NCBI GenBank assembly: GCA_963847185.1
Contig: CAWJYV010000008.1
Span: forward strand, 960,001 to 1,024,000
Source of the DNA: an uncultured Methanosarcinaceae archaeon
GTDB lineage: Archaea; Halobacteriota; Methanosarcinia; Methanosarcinales; Methanosarcinaceae
Direction of reading: 5' to 3'
Length of the DNA: 64,000 nucleotides
Made by a program: the position numbers and the translations under genes. Position 1 is the stretch's first letter; each line of letters opens with the position of its first letter. Positions 21,523 to 32,091 of the stretch are shown one piece after another. The notes under the pieces are model-generated. The model searched no databases and was not told the DNA's origin. It saw only the letters and a list, made by a program, of their open reading frames with translations.

Positions 21523-22986
21523 ATGCAAATAACTCAATTTTTTGTGAAAGGTATAGCTCACAGCTCATATATTCTTGCAGGAAAACAAAATTGTGCAGTT
21601 ATTGATCCTCGCAGGGACACTGATATTTACATCCAGGAAGCAAAATCCAGGGGTCTGAAGATTACCCATATCCTGGAAACTCATCTTCATGCAGATTTTG
21701 TTTCAGGACACATTGATCTGGCAGAAGTTACAGGGGCAAAAATCCATGTTCCCAAAGCCGCTGGCTGCGAGTTCGAACATATAGGGCTGGCTGAAGGAGA
21801 TAATTTTGAAATCGAAGATATGGTTATAAAGATAATCGAGACTCCGGGACATACTCCTGAGCACATCTGTTATGTTGTTTCGGATACGTCAAGAGGTCCT
21901 GATCCTGCTGCTGTCTTCTGTGGAGATACTCTTTTTGTTGGGGATGTTGGCAGGCCAGATCTGTTTCCTCGCAGAGCAGAGGAACTTGCTTCCAGGCTTT
22001 ATGACAGCCTGCACGAAAAATTGCTTTCTCTTCCTGACTCCTGTGAGGTTTACCCTGCACATGGGGAGGGCTCTCTCTGCGGAAGGGCTCTTGGAGCCAG
22101 ACGCTCAAGCACAATAGGTTATGAAAGAAAATACAACTACGCTCTGCAGATCTCAAACAGGAAAGAATTAGTAAAGGCTCTTACAACTGATATGCCCTCT
22201 GCACCCGATCATTTCAGCCGTTGTGCTGAACTCAACAGGAAAGGGCCGACAAAACTCAAGGAGCTTCCTTCCGTAAAGGAAATTCCTCCCGAGGATTTCC
22301 TCAAGCTTTCAGAACGAGATGATACTGCTATTCTGGATATCCGCTGTTATGAAGGTTTTGGAGGTGAACATATTCCGGGTTCCTGGTGCATTGACCTTCG
22401 AAGTAATTTTGCAACTTATGCAGGTTGGCTTCTGCCTCCGGATAAACAGGTGCTGCTAGTATCAGAAAGCGAAAGCCAGGCTCTGGAAGCAGTTGTCTGG
22501 CTGCACAGGGTGGGTCTTGACAATATTTCCGGTTTTCTGAGAGGAGGAATGTTCGCTTGGGTAACCGCAGGTCTCAGGGCTTCTCATGTGCCCCAGCTCT
22601 CAATTCCTGAGCTTCATGAATGGATTGTAAGTGGAAATCCACATGTAATCATTGATGTGAGAGCTCCTTCCGAGTATGAAGCTTTCCACATAAAGAATGC
22701 AATTAATATCCCCGTCCAGGATCTCAGGGAAAGGTATGTTGAGATTGACCCGAAGGCTGAGACAATAATTCTTATATGCAGCACCGGGCACAGATCAAGC
22801 ATGGGATGCAGTATCCTTAAACAGCATGGTTTCTCCAGCGTTAATAATGCCGCCGGAGGAATGACAGGATACAATGCTGCAGGTTTTGGACCCGAATGTC
22901 CTATATGTGCTCTTTCCTGGGCTGGAAAAGCCGGTAAGGAGGAGAAAACGGAGTTCCTCAAAAACCAAAATCAAGATACATCTTAA
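21523..22986 (+). CDS. MBL-fold hydrolase with two rhodanese domains (persulfide dioxygenase/sulfurtransferase-like)
   Basis: THLHADFVSGH, TPGHTPEH, GDTLFVGDVGRPDL; C-terminal rhodanese ICSTGHRS. Confidence 0.9.
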   Translation: MQITQFFVKGIAHSSYILAGKQNCAVIDPRRDTDIYIQEAKSRGLKITHILETHLHADFVSGHIDLAEVTGAKIHVPKAAGCEFEHIGLAEGDNFEIEDMVIKIIETPGHTPEHICYVVSDTSRGPDPAAVFCGDTLFVGDVGRPDLFPRRAEELASRLYDSLHEKLLSLPDSCEVYPAHGEGSLCGRALGARRSSTIGYERKYNYALQISNRKELVKALTTDMPSAPDHFSRCAELNRKGPTKLKELPSVKEIPPEDFLKLSERDDTAILDIRCYEGFGGEHIPGSWCIDLRSNFATYAGWLLPPDKQVLLVSESESQALEAVVWLHRVGLDNISGFLRGGMFAWVTAGLRASHVPQLSIPELHEWIVSGNPHVIIDVRAPSEYEAFHIKNAINIPVQDLRERYVEIDPKAETIILICSTGHRSSMGCSILKQHGFSSVNNAAGGMTGYNAAGFGPECPICALSWAGKAGKEEKTEFLKNQNQDTS

Positions 22987-23455
22987 AAGGAAAACAAAAG
23001 GAGCAGAAAAGGAAATGTAATTGCTCTAAAGCTTATCACATGGAATCTTGACTCGAACGTTCAGGTAGATTTTTATGTAGGTAGATTTTGATATCAGATG
23101 GATTTTGAAGTTCTCTGGCTATATGGATTTTAAAGTTTAACCAAATTAAGCTGGAATGTAAAAAGGTAGATTCTAATGTGTGTCTTTATGAATTTATAGG
23201 CATATTTTTGATTGCTATTTTTTACTATTTCCTTTGCCAAAAAGTTACTCATGGATGAAGATTTCTGAATTATGATCATTTTTGCAGGTATACTTCTTTT
23301 CAGATTTATTTCCGGTAACTGAAGGGTCTGATAAAGCGCAGAAAAATAAATTACTGTATGAAAAATAAATGTGCTGGCAGACAAATATTTATAATAAGTA
23401 TCGGTAGTTTATATTGAGGTAAAAACGTAAAAGTACTTTATAGTGGGGGAGAAGT

Positions 23456-23863
23456 ATGAAAATTCGAGTAGTTAGTTCAAGAGAGGAAATTTTCACTCTC
23501 AATCCTAATGAGCGTGTAGTTCATCTGGCCTTCAGGCCTTCGAACAAAGACATCTTTGCACTGGTTGAAACATGCCCTAAAATTGAGGTAATTCAGTTAC
23601 CCAAATCTTACAGGCGTACAGTCTCAAAATCTATAGAAATGTTCCTTGAAATGCAGAGAATCCAGCTAATCGAAGGAGATGTCTGGGGACATAGGAAGGA
23701 CATTAATGAATATTACAGTATTCCGTCCTCAGTAATTGAGAAGATAAAGGAACTAAAATCTGAAGGTACACCTGCTGAGAGAATCGAAGAAAAAGTCTCA
23801 AGGGAAAGCAAGCTCAACCCTGAAATGGTTGCTTATATCTTGACCAAGGAAGCTTCTTCCTGA
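23456..23863 (+). CDS. DUF1699 family protein (paralog 2)
   Basis: Highly similar to 9510..9917, with the same signature motifs. Confidence 0.9.
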   Translation: MKIRVVSSREEIFTLNPNERVVHLAFRPSNKDIFALVETCPKIEVIQLPKSYRRTVSKSIEMFLEMQRIQLIEGDVWGHRKDINEYYSIPSSVIEKIKELKSEGTPAERIEEKVSRESKLNPEMVAYILTKEASS

Positions 23864-23981
23864 TAATATCAGGCAGATTTCCACTTATATCTTTAGTGCA
23901 GGTAAAAAATGTAACAATCCATCTATTATCTGGTTTCAAGCCTAGTTCCCAAACTTGGATGCAGGCTTGGACACTAAAGTT

Positions 23982-24006
23982 AAGGAAGCCTTTTAAGGCT
24001 TCCTAA
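23982..24006. terminator. Hairpin downstream of the DUF1699 gene
   Basis: AGGAAGCCTT-TT-AAGGCTTCCT inverted repeat. Confidence 0.45.
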
Positions 24007-24383
24007 CTATGGATTCTAGTACTGCGATTCTGAAGTATGTTCATAAAACCTGACTTTTGAAGCTACCCATTAATCACGAATTTCCTATTAAATAAGGAAT
24101 TTATTTTGGAATCGAAGCACTAGCATGAGCTGGCCATCTTAAGTATACTCGATATGTTTTTTAATACTATTAATAAGTATAATTTCTTTTGTCTTTACTT
24201 CCTGCTTACTGTGAGTTTTGTTCACCTGTCATTATTTCAATCTTATTTTTGGAAACTCTCTCAAAGAAATCTTTACAGTCTTTTCTGGATAAAAGGGGTA
24301 GTGAACAGTAATAAATTATATACTTTAGAAGGCTGTAATCTTTTTAAGCATATAGAATTAAAAATCTAGAGGAGACCGAAGGG

Positions 24384-25187
24384 TTGCAATTAGAACTTAT
24401 AGAAATAATCTTTCTTTCGGAAAAGCGAAAGCAATTATTACTTTTTCTGGCAAATGGGCCGAAAAATATTAATGAAATTACTGAATCCCTTCAAGCTCCC
24501 TCAACAGCTATTCTACCTCAAATAAAAAAATTAAAAGAAAAATCTCTAGTCCTCCAGGAAGGCAAAAGCTATACCTTATCCCTAATAGGAAAAATCCTTG
24601 TTGACAAAATGAAGCCACTTGTAAGTATTATGGATGTTTTCGAGGACAATTTGGAGTACTGGACTGAAAGAGACCTGCAGGGGATTCCACTTTCCTTTCG
24701 AAGAAGACTAGGAGAGCTAGGAAAGTGCAAACTGATTCAGCCCGATCTTGACAGAATGTTTGAACTTGACCCGGAAATTGTGGACAACCTTTTTAAGTCC
24801 AAAAGCATACTTGAATGCATATCCTACTTTCATCCTTCTCTTATTTCCTTGTGTCAAGAGCTTGCAGAAAATGGGGTTGAAGTGTCCTTTCTGATGTCTG
24901 AATCCGTTTTTCAACGATATTCGCAGGATTTTGTAGAAGACTTCCGAAGTATGCTGAACCTCAAAAATATCAGCTTTTTTTTATATTCCGGAGAACTCAG
25001 GATTGCAAACCTTATTGTCACGAATAAATTTTTCATGATTTCTCTTTTTCCGAAGAGCCAGAAACATTTTGATATGGAAGGCCTTATAAGTTACGAGCCC
25101 TCAGCCCTGCAGTTCGGAAATGAGCTTTTTAACGAGTTGCTAAAAAATTCTACCCGAATTACAGAGATGCCTACTAAAAACTCATGA
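24384..25187 (+). CDS. Winged-HTH transcriptional regulator with DUF1724-type C-terminal domain
   Basis: IFLSEKRKQLLLFL.NGPK...ILPQIKKLKE...LSLIGKIL pattern of the expanded Methanosarcina regulator family. Confidence 0.85.
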   Translation: MQLELIEIIFLSEKRKQLLLFLANGPKNINEITESLQAPSTAILPQIKKLKEKSLVLQEGKSYTLSLIGKILVDKMKPLVSIMDVFEDNLEYWTERDLQGIPLSFRRRLGELGKCKLIQPDLDRMFELDPEIVDNLFKSKSILECISYFHPSLISLCQELAENGVEVSFLMSESVFQRYSQDFVEDFRSMLNLKNISFFLYSGELRIANLIVTNKFFMISLFPKSQKHFDMEGLISYEPSALQFGNELFNELLKNSTRITEMPTKNS

Positions 25188-25460
25188 ATCCTCTTATTTG
25201 AGATTTCTAATCCAAAATTGCTTCTCTTCAATGGACGAAAATACATGAATAGTAGAAGATTATAAACACAATTCCGGAATAAATGTACAACCTGTCGGAA
25301 TTATCGAAAAAGCGGAACACAGGAGATTAATAGATAATTTTTCCTGTATTCTATATTTTTATCATCTTAGAATATTAGAATGTTAAGCATAGATATCTAT
25401 TTCGATAATGCTTCTGTCCAATATCTTTCTTCGTTACATCTTAAGTGCTGTATTCTAAGT

Positions 25461-25919
25461 TTACATAGCTTTACTCATGTGTTTGAGTTTTTCGGCAATG
25501 TCGACTCCGAGCCTTTTGCACTCCTGTATGTCCTTGTCTGTAGGCTTATGAAGAATCCGGAGTACGGGATCTATAACGTTCATACCCATCTCTCTCATTT
25601 TTTCGGCTATCAGTACAGGTGCCTCTCCGCTCCACCCGTAAGATCCAAATGCAGCTCCTAATTTTCCTCCTGGGCTCGTAGAAGCAAGAGTTTCATTCAT
25701 GAATTTTTCCATAGGTGCCAGCATTTTGTAGTAAAAAGTCGAAGATCCTATTGCAATTGCGTCTGCTTCGTTAAGTTCTTCGAGCTTTACGTCATAAAAG
25801 CTGACAGCTTTTACATCCACATTCTTTGACTCAATCCCGCTAGCTATTGCTTCTGCCATAGCTTTGGTGTTCCCTGAGGTACTGAGATAGACTACTATCG
25901 CTTTCAACCTTATCCCCAT
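25461..25919 (-). CDS. Flavodoxin
   Basis: YLSTSGNTKAMAEAI FMN loop and AAFGSYGWSGEA. Confidence 0.92.
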   Translation of the reverse strand: MGIRLKAIVVYLSTSGNTKAMAEAIASGIESKNVDVKAVSFYDVKLEELNEADAIAIGSSTFYYKMLAPMEKFMNETLASTSPGGKLGAAFGSYGWSGEAPVLIAEKMREMGMNVIDPVLRILHKPTDKDIQECKRLGVDIAEKLKHMSKAM

Positions 25920-26131
25920 CCAAATTTAAGATCTGATATTCAGTGTCAGTTAAGGAAAAAGTGAGCAAAAATAAGCAGTTTCAATCTGCCCAAAATCCAG
26001 GCAATAAAAAGCAAAACATGAAGCCTTCTCACTTTCAACCCTACATTAGCTATATAAATTATTTTAAATAAGGATTTCGTCCAGAATCTGACGGCTTCAG
26101 GAGTTAAAGGAAAGGAGTTAAAGAGGAATCC

Positions 26132-27898
26132 TTATACAAGGTCTGCCTCAATACGGATAGGGGCTATATAATTTACCACCTGGAAGGCTATGCTCTCAAG
26201 AAAGTTGCGTACATTCTGGGGAATTCTATCTGTAGTATGGGAAGCAAAATTCAGGCTGCCTATGATTTCTCCCCTGTGTTTCATAGGAATAACCGCAACA
26301 GCAGTAATTTTTTCTGTCCTAATCAAATCCGACATTTCTTTAGAGTAAAAATCCAGTTTATAAATGGGTTTTTCAATCCATATCTGTCTTGCCTCAGGAG
26401 AGTCTGCCCTATAAGTAGAAATACTTTTCACAAACTCAGGAGAAAGTCCCCTGTATGCAACCAGGTTAATCTGATCAAAGAGTTCATCTTTCAGATATAT
26501 ACCTGCAGCATCCAAGTCTTTTATCTGCAGGCAGGCGTCAAGAATTCGATTAAGCATGGTCTGGAGGCTCCAGGTAGTACTGAGAGATATTCCAAGTTCC
26601 CTCTGGATCTCTAACATCTCTTCTGCCTCTTTTCTTTCAGTCACATCGACAACTATTCCCTGGAAATGAGTCACATTTCCTGTGATATCTCTCTTGATAA
26701 ATGTCCTTTCCTCAACCCAGCGAATCTCGCCTTTCCCGGTAAAAATTCTATATTCCATTTCAAAAGAATTGTATCCTTCTCTTATCGAACGTGCGAGATT
26801 TTCTTTAACTGCTTCAATATCCTCTTTGTGGATTATATCTCCATAGAGTATATTTCCAGATATAAAGTCCTCCACTGTGTACCCTAACTGAGTGACATTT
26901 TCTGAAACGAATTCTGCAGGCCAGTTTTCCATATTTTTCCACAGAAAAGCTATTGCTGGGCTTTTGTTTATTACAGCTTTGAGCGTTTTCTGCATTTCGA
27001 GAGATTTTCGAAGGGCTTCTTCAATCTCTTTCCTGGGTGTTATATCCAGGACTATTCCCTGAAAGCAGTTTACTTTCCCATCTTCCTCCCTCTGGATAAA
27101 AGTCCTCTCGTTTACCCATCTCACGTCTCCGGCTTTTGTAAAAAGCCTGTACTCCGAATTAAAACTCACCTCTCCTTTCTGAATGCTCCTTTCAAGCTCC
27201 TCTTCTACCCTTTCAAGGTCATTTGGATGTATAATTTTTCCATACTGGATTTTTTGTGATAGAAAGTCATTAGTTGTATATCCGAACTGGATTATGTTCT
27301 CTGAGACAAAAACCGCAGGCCAGTATTTTTCGTTTCTCCAGAGAAAGACTACTGCAGGACTGTTATTAATCACTGTAGTAAGCATTTTTTGTATTTTTAG
27401 AACTTTTTCCAGCCGTTCTTCACTTTTCTTCCTTCCGGTAATGTCAAGCACCACTCCCTGAAAGTGCATAACCTCTCCCTTTGCATTCCTCTGAATGAAA
27501 ATTCTCTGGTTTATCCAGCGGACTTCCCCACTTTTTGTTATAATTCTGTACTCGTTGGTGAATGCCGGCGTTTTGTTCTTTATACTTTTCTCAAACTGCT
27601 CCTCAACCTCTTCAAGATCTTCAGTACATATGATATCTCTGTACATCACCCTGCCAGACGTAAAGTCTTCTACAGTGTATCCAAGGCTCATAACGTTTTC
27701 TGAGGCGAATTCTACAGGCCACTTATCTTCGTTTTTCAGGAGAAAAACTACTACATGACTATTATTGATTATTGTTCTTAAAGCTCCTTCTTTTTCCAAA
27801 GCTTTGTGAAAGAGCTCTTCTTCTATATCATTTTCATTATTTGATGGCTTGGAACTTATATTTAGATTTTCTACTCCATTTGGATCTTTAATATTCAT
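26132..27898 (-). CDS. PAS-PAS-PAS-GAF sensory protein without an output domain
   Basis: Three PAS_3 repeats (WP..FVSEN....GYT..DF...YRI.TK.GEVRW) followed by a GAF domain; no H-box or ATPase domain before the stop. Confidence 0.88.
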   Translation of the reverse strand: MNIKDPNGVENLNISSKPSNNENDIEEELFHKALEKEGALRTIINNSHVVVFLLKNEDKWPVEFASENVMSLGYTVEDFTSGRVMYRDIICTEDLEEVEEQFEKSIKNKTPAFTNEYRIITKSGEVRWINQRIFIQRNAKGEVMHFQGVVLDITGRKKSEERLEKVLKIQKMLTTVINNSPAVVFLWRNEKYWPAVFVSENIIQFGYTTNDFLSQKIQYGKIIHPNDLERVEEELERSIQKGEVSFNSEYRLFTKAGDVRWVNERTFIQREEDGKVNCFQGIVLDITPRKEIEEALRKSLEMQKTLKAVINKSPAIAFLWKNMENWPAEFVSENVTQLGYTVEDFISGNILYGDIIHKEDIEAVKENLARSIREGYNSFEMEYRIFTGKGEIRWVEERTFIKRDITGNVTHFQGIVVDVTERKEAEEMLEIQRELGISLSTTWSLQTMLNRILDACLQIKDLDAAGIYLKDELFDQINLVAYRGLSPEFVKSISTYRADSPEARQIWIEKPIYKLDFYSKEMSDLIRTEKITAVAVIPMKHRGEIIGSLNFASHTTDRIPQNVRNFLESIAFQVVNYIAPIRIEADLV

Positions 27899-28140
27899 TT
27901 CTCAAGTCATCTCCATAGGATTTTTGATTGGTTTCTACAATTGCTACTGTTTATTCGCTCGCGATTGCCATTTTTGTATTTTAGGATCCGATTCTTATAT
28001 AATTAGGCTTATTCAAATATCATTTTTTTGATGCTGGTTTCTGGATTGCTCTCATATATCCTTTCCAAAAAAATCGATAATTATATATATGTGATTTTTT
28101 TTGGCTCAAAAAACCTGCTTCAGCATTCTAAATCACTTCT

Positions 28141-28170
28141 TTTTCTGTCGACAGAAAATTATTTATACTA
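28141..28170 (+). promoter_or_regulatory. Perfect 18-bp palindrome abutting a TATA box
   Basis: TTTTCTGTCGACAGAAAA (28141-28158) immediately followed by TTATTTATACTA. Confidence 0.55.
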
Positions 28171-28503
28171 TATACAGGTAATAAGATTCCGTATTCCGTA
28201 ATCAGGTTTTGGATTTCAATCCAGAAGAATCCCATCCCTGGTACCACCAATAATATGCTTCTGGTAAAGGCTGTGAAACCCATAGATCTCTCATGAACCC
28301 CTTATTAACTTCCTTGAAGGAGAAATCTAAGAGACATTAGCTTTCAAATATAAAGTTAAAATGGGCTTCAGAAACCTGGAGTGCGTTGAAAAATAAAGCA
28401 TGTGAATGCGGAATACACTCAAAAATGGCAACAAGACCTAAAACTACAAACCTCCAAATATCTGCAAAAGGGTCTTGACAGGCAAAAACCTCCAAAAATT
28501 TCT

Positions 28504-28666
28504 GCAAAGATGTCTTAAGAGACAAAAAATGGCAAAGATGTCTTAAGAGACAAAAAATGGCAAAGATGTCTTAAGAGACAAAAATGGCAAAGATGTCTTG
28601 AGACAAAAAATGGCAAAGATGTCTTGAGATAAAAAATGGCAAAGATGTCTTGAGACAAAAACCTCC
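28504..28666. repeat. Tandem repeat of six 26-28 bp units
   Basis: GCAAAGATGTCTT(AA)GAGACAAAAAATG repeated six times, with degenerate precursors from about 28448. Confidence 0.9.
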
Positions 28667-28763
28667 ATAAAAGGCCTTTGGTAAGGTATGAGGGAGACCT
28701 TACTTCAGTGCCTTTTCATCCTTATCTTCTCGAAGTCATTCTACGTTATTATTTGTCCAGGAT

Positions 28764-29555
28764 TCATTTCTCAGCATAAGCTTCAATTTCCAGCCTCATC
28801 ATCCGAACATGGACGTACCCTTTGTTATCTGGAGGATGGTTATTGACAAAGATACTTACAAATTCATTTATAAAATTCTCTTGCATGTTTTGGGGAACCT
28901 GTCGTGTATAAGGATGTAAGATTGAGAAATTCCATGCAAAAAGTTCTCTTTTTCCTTCAAGAAACATATCTTTTGGATTTAGCTCTAGCCGCTTTACCGA
29001 GAATCCTGTATTTTTTAGCCATTTTATGTATTCTGCAGGTCCGTAAAATCTGAATGGAAAAATAAAATCTTTAAAATAAGAGTTCCATTTTTCATCCTCA
29101 AGCATCAAGTCAACAACTTCAAGGATTTCCGCGGCATTTCCTCGTCCTCCAAATTGGGCCATAAATTTTCCTCCAGGCTTAAGGCTTTTCCAAATAACCT
29201 TTAGAACAAGTTCATGGTCTTTTATCCAGTGGATGGCGGCGTTAGAATAAACAATATCGAATTCAGAATTAAAACTAGGGTCTGTTGCATCCATTTGCAT
29301 AAAGGCAAGATTTGGAAAGTTTTCTGGAGGGTAGTGCTCCCTAGCAAAAGTAATCATAGATTCGGAAAGATCAATTCCGAGAACAGAACCTTCAGGCAGC
29401 TTCCTTGCCATCTCGGCACTGAGTTTTCCATCCCCACACCCAACGTCAAGAATCTTCTCATTTCCTTTGAGATTTAGTTTTGTGATAAGCTCTAAGCCCC
29501 AGCTTTTCTGAGGTGAAGAACTGACAGAATAAAGTTCTGGATCCCAGCAGTCCAT
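28764..29555 (-). CDS. Class I SAM-dependent methyltransferase (trans-aconitate methyltransferase-like)
   Basis: ILDVGCGDG, GIDLSESMI, FDIVYSNAAIHW and LKPGG motifs. Confidence 0.9.
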   Translation of the reverse strand: MDCWDPELYSVSSSPQKSWGLELITKLNLKGNEKILDVGCGDGKLSAEMARKLPEGSVLGIDLSESMITFAREHYPPENFPNLAFMQMDATDPSFNSEFDIVYSNAAIHWIKDHELVLKVIWKSLKPGGKFMAQFGGRGNAAEILEVVDLMLEDEKWNSYFKDFIFPFRFYGPAEYIKWLKNTGFSVKRLELNPKDMFLEGKRELFAWNFSILHPYTRQVPQNMQENFINEFVSIFVNNHPPDNKGYVHVRMMRLEIEAYAEK

Positions 29556-29746
29556 AAAAGCAATTCGTTTTCTTCGAAATTAATCTTTTCTATTCCTGCA
29601 AGGTACATGTAATCTTAATGTGTAGATTAGATTAAAAATAAAAGAATATCTTTTTTAATAAAAAAGGGTTCTATATCCTAACAAAGGCTTGATAAATAAT
29701 ATTCTGACTAAGTGACAAGAATACGAAAGATGTTTTATAAAAACTC

Positions 29747-29850
29747 GTGAACGGGTACAACTCTGTCGTAGTTGATTTTTTTGGTGGTGTGTTTTTTGTT
29801 CGGGTGTGATCTTGTAGATGTGGTTCAGAGCAGGCCCGTTCACTATGCTA
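29747..29850 (-). ncRNA. Candidate small RNA, diverged member of the stem/C-rich-loop family
   Basis: GTGAACGGG/CCCGTTCAC terminal stem, inner CTCTG/CAGAG stem, CA-rich loop on the minus strand, TATA box at 29873-29882. Confidence 0.5.
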
Positions 29851-30230
29851 TTTTATTCAAAGTCTTCTTCGCTATATAAATATTTGGATACTATTATATT
29901 AAATTGCCTTTCTGTCCTAATGGGTTCATATTTTCAATAGCTCAAAAGGAGACTTTTTCCGAATTTTTGCCTTTATGTCCCCCTAACTTAAATGATTTTT
30001 TCCGATAAACTTTTTTCTTTATATTTTTAATTAATATATGTCTCTATCATTTTCTAAATTCTCTCATCATTATGCATTTTTCATCAAAGCTTCATATATT
30101 TAATATATGCTCAGTATGTTTTGTTATTCTTTTCACAGCTTTTCCGTCCCCAACCTGTTTATACTATGAAGTTTTTTCCTATCCATATTATATCTTTTAA
30201 TTCTCACATGAGATTCTAAGGAGATTAGTA

Positions 30231-31892
30231 ATGAGAAGCTCTATTATTAAAGAGGGGCCCGAACGTGCTGCAAACCGTTCACTTCTAAAGGCTACTGGGG
30301 TCACAGATTCCGAGATGAGAAGACCGTTTATCGCAGTCGTCAATTCTTGGAACGACATAGTTCCTGGACATATACACCTGAGTAAACTTGCTGAAGCTGT
30401 AAAAGCCGGGATAAGGAATGCCGGTGGAGTTCCTTTTGAGTTCCATACCATTGGGGTTTGTGATGGAATCGCAATGGGGCACGAAGGTATGAAATATTCC
30501 CTCCCTAGTAGGGAGGTTATTGAAGATACAATTGAACTGATGGTTAGAGCCCACCAGTTTGACGGCATTGTTCTTATGCCAACCTGTGATAAAATCGTAC
30601 CAGGCCACCTCATGGCAGCAGGCAGGCTTGATATCCCTGCAATTGTTGTGACCGGAGGACCGATGCTTCCCGGGTATGTAGATGATAAATACACGGATCT
30701 TATCTCTGTCTTCGAAGGCGTAGGGGCTTACAGGGCAGGGAAACTTTCCGAAGCCGATCTAAATAGACTTGAAAATCTTTCCTGTGCAGGAGCTGGATCC
30801 TGTGCAGGGATGTTTACCGCAAATACCATGGCCTGCATGACCGAAGCGCTGGGGTTGAGCCTTCCTGGCTGTGCAACTGCACATGCCGTGGATGCAAAAA
30901 AGACGCGGATAGCCAAGGAATCTGGCGAGCGTATTGTGGAAATGGTCAGAGAAAACCTGACTCCAAGAAAGATTGTCACTTTCAAATCTTTTGAAAATGC
31001 CATAATGGTGGACATGGCGATCGGAGGGAGTACTAATACCACCCTGCACCTGCCTGCTCTTGCCCACGAATTCGGGCTAAAGCTTACTCTTGACACCTTT
31101 GATGAACTGAGCCGGATAACTCCCCACTTGATCTCGCTGCGTCCCGGAGGTCCGAACTTTATGCTTCACTTTGACAGGGCTGGTGGAGTTCAGGCAGTTA
31201 TGCAGAGACTTTCTTCTAAGCTCCATCTGGACCAGCTTACGGTCAACAGCAAAACTATTGGGGAAAACCTTGAAGGGCTGGATATTGTCAATCCGAAGCT
31301 TAATAAAGAGATTATTGCAACTCTCGAAAATCCCATCCATGCTCAGGGAGGAATTGCTGTCCTCAAAGGCAGCCTTGCCCCTGATGGTGCGGTTGTAAAG
31401 CAGGCAGCAGTTGCTCCAAATATGCGCATCCATATAGGTCCTGCTAGAGTTTATGACAGTGAAGAAGACTCTATGAAGGATATTCTTGCAGGCCATATAA
31501 AGCCTGGAGACGTTATTATCATTCGTTACGAAGGTCCCAAAGGTGGCCCAGGAATGCGGGAAATGCTTGCAGCTACAGCCGCAATCGGAGGTATGGGCCT
31601 TCTGGAGTCTGTAGCTCTGATTACTGATGGACGCTTTTCAGGAGGTACCCGTGGGCCTTGCATAGGCCATGTTTCTCCTGAAGCCAGTGAAGGAGGGCCA
31701 ATTGCTCTTGTAAAAGATGGGGATATGATCGAAATCAATATTCCTGAGAGAAGCCTGAACCTGAAGGTTTCCGAAGAGGAGCTTAAGCAGCGGAAAGCTG
31801 CCTTTATGCCTCCTAAAAAGGAAGTAACGGGTTATCTTGCTAGATATCAGCGTGCTGTCCATTCCGCAAACACAGGCGCGATAGTTGACTGA
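30231..31892 (+). CDS. ilvD: Dihydroxy-acid dehydratase
   Basis: [44 protein letters not shown] and TDGRFSGGT motifs. Confidence 0.98.
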   Translation: MRSSIIKEGPERAANRSLLKATGVTDSEMRRPFIAVVNSWNDIVPGHIHLSKLAEAVKAGIRNAGGVPFEFHTIGVCDGIAMGHEGMKYSLPSREVIEDTIELMVRAHQFDGIVLMPTCDKIVPGHLMAAGRLDIPAIVVTGGPMLPGYVDDKYTDLISVFEGVGAYRAGKLSEADLNRLENLSCAGAGSCAGMFTANTMACMTEALGLSLPGCATAHAVDAKKTRIAKESGERIVEMVRENLTPRKIVTFKSFENAIMVDMAIGGSTNTTLHLPALAHEFGLKLTLDTFDELSRITPHLISLRPGGPNFMLHFDRAGGVQAVMQRLSSKLHLDQLTVNSKTIGENLEGLDIVNPKLNKEIIATLENPIHAQGGIAVLKGSLAPDGAVVKQAAVAPNMRIHIGPARVYDSEEDSMKDILAGHIKPGDVIIIRYEGPKGGPGMREMLAATAAIGGMGLLESVALITDGRFSGGTRGPCIGHVSPEASEGGPIALVKDGDMIEINIPERSLNLKVSEEELKQRKAAFMPPKKEVTGYLARYQRAVHSANTGAIVD

Positions 31893-31924
31893 GCTGTCAG
31901 AAATCCCATTTTGAATTATTTTCA

Positions 31925-31960
31925 GGAAGGTTTTATTCCTTCCTATTTCTTATTTTTCTA
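31925..31960 (+). terminator. Terminator of ilvD
   Basis: AGGAAGG-TTTTATT-CCTTCCT hairpin followed by T-rich tracts. Confidence 0.5.
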
Positions 31961-32091
31961 ACAAGAAAAATCCTATATTTTCCTTATTAAACCCGGTTTG
32001 AGATTATTTTCTTTTTCTGCATGCCTGAGAATACTCAATAAACTGTAAATCTATATTTGATAGATTTTTATCAATAATTTTTGAAAAGGCA

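Noticed and set aside
28504-28666. Possible CRISPR array
   Set aside because: Units are directly adjacent with no unique spacers, and there are no cas genes in the window
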